Both the position numbers and the translations under genes were made by a program. Of a stretch of DNA of 64,000 bases, positions 59,201-64,000 are shown piece after piece. The DNA lies in sequence record NC_031039.1, one strand, 5' to 3'. Position 1 is the first letter of the stretch. Every line of letters begins with the position of its first letter. The notes beneath the pieces were generated by a model, which did not search any database, was not told the DNA's origin, and worked only from the letters and a program-made list of their open reading frames with translations.

Positions 59201-61163
59201 TCTTTTACTAATTCCTTAACCTTATTGATAAATTTTTCTGTAGTTAACTTTTCTTTTGAATTACAATGAGGACATCCATAACCCTGTAATAAGTTACAAG
59301 GTCTTGCCTCAAATTCTTTATTACAAATTTCATGTAATATTAAAATTTTTGTTTTAGAATTAATATATTCACCAATTCGTTTGTAACCTTTTAGTATTTG
59401 ATTTAGTCTTAAATCAAATGAAGTATTATCCAATTTTCTCATTAAAATCACTCCACATAACTATTTATTATTATGTTTTGTGATTGTTCGATTATTTTTA
59501 TTAAACTGACTATGACCCTTCGCTCCAATGGAGTTACCCATCTTCATAACTACTATGGTCTGCTGACTTTCTATATAAGAGTATCAACTATAATTTCTCT
59601 TATATAGAATCTCTGACGTTCCGTAAATGATAGTATAGCTATAACTTAGATGCCTTCTGCCCTATATAAACTTCTATTGTACCACACTTTACAATCAGGT
59701 CGTTCACCAGTACCGTATTACTAAACCCTGAATTTATATAGTATAAAAAGGTTCGTGTTCCTCATCATATTATAGCACCGCCCACCCTATCTATTAGTAT
59801 TATAGTACTACTAATATTCAGATGACTTCACCTAACTTCATACAAATATTTTATATAGTTTAAAATAGATGCATGTAGGAGTATTAGCGACAAGTCTTCA
59901 ATGAAAATGGTCATATCTTTTACTTGTTCTCATTTACAGTTTAGATTATAAAATCTACTCCATTTCACATTAAATGCTTATAGGAGAACGTCACATACGA
60001 TACTGCTCTATTGGATACCTTGTTACATATACATGTTTATCTTTGGTAATATCAACTGCCGCAATGAATAGAATATCAGTTAATGTAAAGTTACGTCCTA
60101 GTTCTTCTCTATATAATGGAATAGGAATCTCATTTCCTTTATCATCTTTAATCATTAAACTATTAAAACGACTTTCAATAGACTTAATGTATAATGAGAT
60201 CATCTTTTTAACTGCTTCCTCAGAAAATTGTTCTCTTATATTACTGATGGTTATCTCTTTTCCATTATGCTTAAATTTACTAAGTTCTGATTCACGTTCA
60301 AGAATATAATCTTGGATATATTTAAGAAAGAATGGATAAAATTCTACCACTAATTGTGATAGGGGAATACCAGTCCATCCAAATCTAATAGGGTTATCCT
60401 TCCAGCTATTTGACTTAAATCGTGGTGCTGAGATTACACTACGAGTTGCATAATCAACAGATTTACCTAAAGAGTTTTGATGGAACATACCATTTTTACC
60501 AGCTAAAGAGGATGTAAAATAGTCATAGATATCATATAAAAGAGTCTGAATAGATGATTCTGTTATTACTCCCATAAAATCATAATCTTCACCCTTAGAA
60601 ATTGATTGGCTATACCTAATTAATTTAGCATATTTGTCATTCACTTCATCAACAGCTTTAATCGTATCATTAGAAGATTTTGAGGGATTATAATCTCTAT
60701 AAAATGCCGGAATCACTAAATATTTGTCAATAAATATATCATCCTTACCAAGTTTATTTAATAATGTAAGATAACTTGTTCTTCTATCAGTTCCAGTATT
60801 ACTAAATTTTAATTGGTCATAAATAGTATAAAAATAGGTAACTCCAGTTTTACCATTATCTTTATCTTCAACTAACCTACCGCCCTCAACTTTAAAATAT
60901 TTTTTTCCAGATAGACAATCTGCAATTTTTCGATCCATAGAGGTTAGAAGCTTATAAATTACTGGATGGAGAAATTTTCTCTTTAAGTCTATATAACCAA
61001 AAATTATTTTTCTTTCTTTACTTCCCGGATAACCAAAAATACTAGTTGAAAATAATCCATCTTCAGTTGGTATATTTCCCATATTAAAGTAAACCGGATT
61101 TGTTACTTCTTTACATGCATGAGAAGTAATAAATTTATCTATATTTAATGTATCTATTTTCAT
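56211..61163 (-). CDS. Virion RNA polymerase beta'-like catalytic subunit; spliced, exons 59999-61163, 58262-58446, 56211-56372 (503 aa)
   Basis: GLFS..IFG, GYIDL, GKSVDYATRSVI. Spliced text TRYPIEQY(Q)NIYPSKI...LKALGGDYD|GDTVSL restores DxDGD. Total 1512 nt, in frame. Late promoter at 61185-61196. Confidence 0.9.
56373..58261 (-). mobile_element. Group I intron with a homing endonuclease in the P1 loop (1889 nt)
   Basis: Exon end ACTACGAT pairs with IGS GTCGTAGT located after the ORF. Core motifs present; ends ...GATTTTG. Confidence 0.9.
56698..58182 (-). CDS. Intron-encoded putative homing endonuclease (zinc-ribbon repeats + PD-(D/E)xK + Hef-like C-terminal domain)
   Basis: CPQC/CPYC repeats; EIDIFIPSKKIAFEFNGLYWH; ELSRFA...ITYADKRWSDG. 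Confidence 0.8.
   Translation of the reverse strand: MPRKKTLDEFKEEVKLLTNNTYTVLSNEYINNKTKIKLRHELCGNIYEVRPDVFHNGRRCPQCADINKGKSRLKSNDEFKKELKEKTNGRLISLEKYINIDTKILFRCNDCNYEWKTTPYYALKNRCPQCSGKRRLTTDEVKRKISLVTNNEYSLLGEYRNNKTKIRLLHHSCNKEYEVTIKNFDNGNRCPYCAFKSSSKMEKELSSFIKGLVVDKVICNDRKLLEGKEIDIFIPSKKIAFEFNGLYWHSEQMGKKRNYHLEKLEKCNSKGIRLIQIFEDEWVNKPLIVKEKIKHLLKLNNSTKIYARNCYVEVIDNNFKNEFLERNHIQGKDLSSIKLGLWLPKEDGDELVAVMTFSKLRKSLGRNSADNIFELSRFATDMDYRVIGAFSKLLKYFERNYEWKELITYADKRWSDGNVYINNKFELSHISKPNYWYVNVEKTQRFHRFNYRKSNLKKKFPKLYSDDSTEFEIMDKTRFKRIWDCGNLVFTYKR
58447..59998 (-). mobile_element. Group II (IIB-like) intron lacking reverse transcriptase (1552 nt)
   Basis: 5' GUAUG and 3' AU ends. 34-nt domain V (58496-58529) with CGC triad, GAAA loop and AC bulge. 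Domain VI with bulged A at -8. AAGUCAGCAGACCAUAGUAG and GGAGCGAAGGG landmarks. EBS1 GAUACU pairs with IBS1 AGUAUC. Confidence 0.9.
58534..59442 (-). CDS. Endonuclease ORF in domain IV of the group II intron (zinc-ribbon repeats + Vsr/DUF559-like domain)
   Basis: CPHC/CPNC/CKNC repeats; LPFDFFVEEFNAIIEYDGRQHF. No RT YADD motif. Stop lies 4 nt before domain V. The start may be the upstream GTG at 59451. Confidence 0.82.
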   Translation of the reverse strand: MRKLDNTSFDLRLNQILKGYKRIGEYINSKTKILILHEICNKEFEARPCNLLQGYGCPHCNSKEKLTTEKFINKVKELVKDEYTVLSNYKNYHSKVTMRHNKCKFIYEVKAGNFTSLGRRCPNCSGLIKKNKEYVQEQLDKINPNEYKVIGEYINNVTPLEIIHLECNTINKFSLKNITSNKFSCKNCKMSSGELLIKNILNNMGTEYTYQKTFKECKDRKPLPFDFFVEEFNAIIEYDGRQHFLPIFGNDENDRIKKLELIQKHDNIKNDFCKKYNLPILRIKYDTPIDSIPILIKKFLLN

Positions 61164-61251
61164 TTAATTTCCCTCCTACTATTATAATAATTTGTTAACG
61201 GTTTAAGAGAAATGAACAAAAAAAAAATATGAAGGGATTAACCTTCATATT

Positions 61252-61515
61252 TTATTTAAATTCAATTTTTTCATTTCCCAATGGCATAATTCTAATACTG
61301 TTACTAACTGAGTCGTTTACAATAATACAATCAATTGATCTATTATCTTTTAAATAAATTAGTCTTTTAATGAGAGTTGGTTTTTTAGGATCAGACATTT
61401 TATTTAATGTATCAAGCTTATTTATTACATCTTTAGTAGTTTCTCCGCATAATAATTCTGATTTTTTATATCCTTTAACAATAGTTAAATAAAAGTTTTC
61501 ATTTAAGTATTTCAT
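61252..61515 (-). CDS. Hypothetical protein
   Basis: ORF with AAGGA RBS. Confidence 0.55.
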   Translation of the reverse strand: MKYLNENFYLTIVKGYKKSELLCGETTKDVINKLDTLNKMSDPKKPTLIKRLIYLKDNRSIDCIIVNDSVSNSIRIMPLGNEKIEFK

Positions 61516-61543
61516 ATATTAGTCCTTTTTATTATATTTTTGA

Positions 61544-62005
61544 TCAATGATTATATGATTCAATTGTTACTGAAATCTCTTTAATTCCAAAGCTTTTAAT
61601 AGTATTTTTAATTCTTTCAAATTGTTCATCAATATTGTCAATATTAATATCTTGGATGTTTAAACTTATAGAACCACTATCAAATTTCTTTTCAATTGGT
61701 TTATTTAAAGATTCATTAACTATGTGAGTTGGTGTAATTCCCTTTACATTATCCTTTTCTTCTGTATAATTTAAAGGTTTTCTAACTCCATATCTAATTT
61801 CTTCTTCTGGAGTCATTTTTCTAGTGATTACCTCACCATGCATACTTTCTTTTCGTGGTCTCTTACCTCTAATTTTTGAACCATGATATTGTACTGTTTG
61901 ATATTTTACCCCAGTCTTTTTAGAAATATCAGAATAAGACAGATCAGTCTCTCCAATTAATCTTTTTGCTTCTTCAATATTATATTGTCCATTCTCTCTT
62001 CCCAT
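61544..62005 (-). CDS. HTH DNA-binding protein
   Basis: LSYSDISKKTGVKYQTVQYH. Confidence 0.65.
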   Translation of the reverse strand: MGRENGQYNIEEAKRLIGETDLSYSDISKKTGVKYQTVQYHGSKIRGKRPRKESMHGEVITRKMTPEEEIRYGVRKPLNYTEEKDNVKGITPTHIVNESLNKPIEKKFDSGSISLNIQDINIDNIDEQFERIKNTIKSFGIKEISVTIESYNH

Positions 62006-62055
62006 TATTTTTCCCCATTTCTATTTAATATTTATATAGTTTTGTTTCTCAAATT

Positions 62056-62277
62056 TTATAATTCTTTAAATAAAAGATAAAATAAAATAATAATGATTAT
62101 TAAAATAATTCCAAAGGGAATGTATATAATAGGATCACTTAAATGAAGAATTGTGCTACTTTTATCATCTTCATAGAGGTAGTTAACAGGATGTGTAGGA
62201 CTTAATAAATTATTTGGACTGGTAGGATTTAAAGGACTTGTTGGATTAGCAGGATTTAATTGACTAGATGGATTCAT
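62056..62277 (-). CDS. Small membrane protein with NP.SP repeats
   Basis: NPANPTSPLNPTSPNNLLSPTHP followed by a C-terminal TM helix; ATG after AAGGAG. Confidence 0.55.
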   Translation of the reverse strand: MNPSSQLNPANPTSPLNPTSPNNLLSPTHPVNYLYEDDKSSTILHLSDPIIYIPFGIILIIIIILFYLLFKEL

Positions 62278-62341
62278 CTTATTCTCTCCTTTGTAGACAA
62301 AAAATAAAAACATAAGAGACTTATAAGTCTCTTATGTCATT

Positions 62342-63067
62342 TTATACTGCTTTCTCTTCTGTTTCTGGTCTTTCTATAATTACATATGGAACGGCATTAA
62401 ATCCTTTTTTCATTAGATTTTCATTAAAACCATCAATATCTTTATTGTTATAACCAGTTGATGGAATATAAATATCTACTTCTTCAAAACCATCATTACA
62501 ATTTTCTACAATATCATTAATATTTGATAATTCATCTTCTACAATCATTTTTACATTCTTTAGATTCTTAATATAATCTGATTTCTTTTCATTTTTCCCA
62601 ACAAAAATAATCTCTACTTTATTAGAATTTAAGAAAGTTTCAATAAATTTTCTTTTTCCTTCTTTGGTTCCTTCACTTGTTCTTGTTACAACATAGATTT
62701 TATCTACGAATTTTTGTAATGATAATTTATAAATTCCTTCACACATTTTAGTTGGCATACAATCTTCATAAAATTCATCGTTATCATATAATGAATAAAA
62801 TCTTTCAAATAATTCTTTTTCTTCTTTATCTGATAATACAAGATTTTCTTTTCTTAACCATTTATTTAAATGAAATTCTGGACGTGATAGTACTGTTTGA
62901 TAATGTTCAAATGTACCAAATTCCAATCCTTCTAGTTTACTTAAATCAAAGTATTTTCCAAAATAATCAGCATTTTGCTGAATCTTATGAACCCATAAAG
63001 GACTAATGTCAGTTAATACCTCATCGCAGTCTGTAACAATTGAAAATGGTTCTTTAATAGAAAACAT
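62342..63067 (-). CDS. HAD-superfamily 5'(3')-deoxyribonucleotidase-like protein
   Basis: DCDEVL motif I, VVTR motif II, K, and IVED motif IV. Confidence 0.72.
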   Translation of the reverse strand: MFSIKEPFSIVTDCDEVLTDISPLWVHKIQQNADYFGKYFDLSKLEGLEFGTFEHYQTVLSRPEFHLNKWLRKENLVLSDKEEKELFERFYSLYDNDEFYEDCMPTKMCEGIYKLSLQKFVDKIYVVTRTSEGTKEGKRKFIETFLNSNKVEIIFVGKNEKKSDYIKNLKNVKMIVEDELSNINDIVENCNDGFEEVDIYIPSTGYNNKDIDGFNENLMKKGFNAVPYVIIERPETEEKAV

Positions 63068-63146
63068 TAAATCCTCTCCCTGTAATTATAATATGCACGA
63101 AGGAATATTAGAATAATACCATTATATTCTAATAATATAAATGCTT

Positions 63147-64000
63147 TTAGAATGTTAAGATATTGGTTGGAAATTGTGTCTGCTTAGTTGTTTCTAGTAT
63201 TTTAAATCCTAAAGATTCTAACATAATCATACCACTCTTAATATGGTCGTTAACCATCGTTTCAATATCAATAAATGGAGTAACCCACTCAGGTAATTTT
63301 TTGATTGATTTTGGTAGACACAGGATTGTAAAACCATGCTTAGAAAGATTTTCATTATCATAAATAGTTTCTTTAATGGTTTTATAGACATCCATTGGTA
63401 TTTTACCTGCTAAATCGTTTAAACTCTCAGTTGTCAATTTAATCAGATTTACTTTGGTAGGTAACACAATTTCATTATCAGGAAATAATTCATTCCAAAT
63501 AATAGTTCCTCTAATAGATTGCATTGCATAAGGATTAGCATATGATTCAATCTCATTAGCCTTGGAAGGAAGTGTATAAGTAATTTCTCCATTCATCAAT
63601 GAATTAGCAATTTCATTTTGTAAATGAACAAAGTTCCCAAATACTTTACTTAAATCAATTTTATCAGAAGATAAAATATTTTTATCCAGCATTTCAGTAA
63701 AGTAGTCTCTTACATTTTTGTTTACACTTACTTTTCTAATAGCTAAACCCTTAATATCAAGTTTAGGCTTTTCAAACATACGACCTTCTTGCATGATTAA
63801 TTTACCAGCATAACTTTTCTTATTACGAGTAAGCATTAGACGTTTATAGAAAAATTCATTTTTCATATTGATAATAGGACGTTTTTCAGAAGGAATATTT
63901 AGTTCAGATGTCATTTTCCAATAAACATTTTCAATTACCTTTGCCAATAAATATGATGCAATATTAACAACACTTACTTTACCTTCATCCGTCTCGTCTA
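63147..64000 (-). CDS. Family B DNA polymerase, C-terminal subunit (partial; runs off the window end)
   Basis: NEFFYKR...NKKSYAG...LDIKGL thumb motifs; frame open to the window edge. Confidence 0.8.
   Translation of the reverse strand, partial: DETDEGKVSVVNIASYLLAKVIENVYWKMTSELNIPSEKRPIINMKNEFFYKRLMLTRNKKSYAGKLIMQEGRMFEKPKLDIKGLAIRKVSVNKNVRDYFTEMLDKNILSSDKIDLSKVFGNFVHLQNEIANSLMNGEITYTLPSKANEIESYANPYAMQSIRGTIIWNELFPDNEIVLPTKVNLIKLTTESLNDLAGKIPMDVYKTIKETIYDNENLSKHGFTILCLPKSIKKLPEWVTPFIDIETMVNDHIKSGMIMLESLGFKILETTKQTQFPTNILTF

Noticed and set aside
59500-59990. Possible RT/maturase remnant in the group II intron
   Set aside because: This part is occupied by RNA domains I-III. No YADD-like motif or long ORF was found other than the endonuclease.
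59991-59998. Alternative 5' splice site at GUGAC (59994)
   Set aside because: Joining there to the domain-VI-defined 3' site gives an early stop. Only GUAUG at 59998 restores the frame and matches EBS1.
1-64000. tRNA/rRNA genes, IS elements, integrases and inteins
   Set aside because: No cloverleaf, rRNA-like, transposase, recombinase or intein (C...HN-C/S/T) signatures were recognised by eye. A dedicated scan could still find weak cases.

Overview
This very AT-rich window is from a Bacillus jumbo phage of the PBS1/AR9 group, which has uracil-containing DNA. The identification rests on a recognisable 84-aa Ugi and split beta/beta' subunits of two multisubunit RNA polymerases (virion and non-virion). 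The window holds the head/tail morphogenesis core (prohead protease, major capsid, terminase, tail sheath, tail tube, portal) and replication/recombination genes (RecA-like, NAD ligase, SbcC-like, split family-B DNA polymerase, HU). A late-promoter motif AACA-N6-TA/G precedes nearly every late gene. Nine self-splicing introns are not shown by the ORF track and were reconstructed by hand. Eight are group I: 2 in the virion RNAP beta gene, 1 in the prohead protease, 4 in the terminase and 1 splitting the RNAP DYD|GD catalytic motif. One is a group IIB intron in the virion RNAP beta' gene; it has no reverse transcriptase and instead carries a zinc-ribbon/PD-(D/E)xK endonuclease ORF. Other highlights are a sigma-region-4/alpha-CTD fusion protein, a stand-alone beta' C-terminal fragment, an HD domain fused to an RNAP subunit, a ~490-nt structured non-coding segment, and a deleted macrodomain gene alongside an intact NADAR gene. 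All family assignments come from motif recognition, not database searches.
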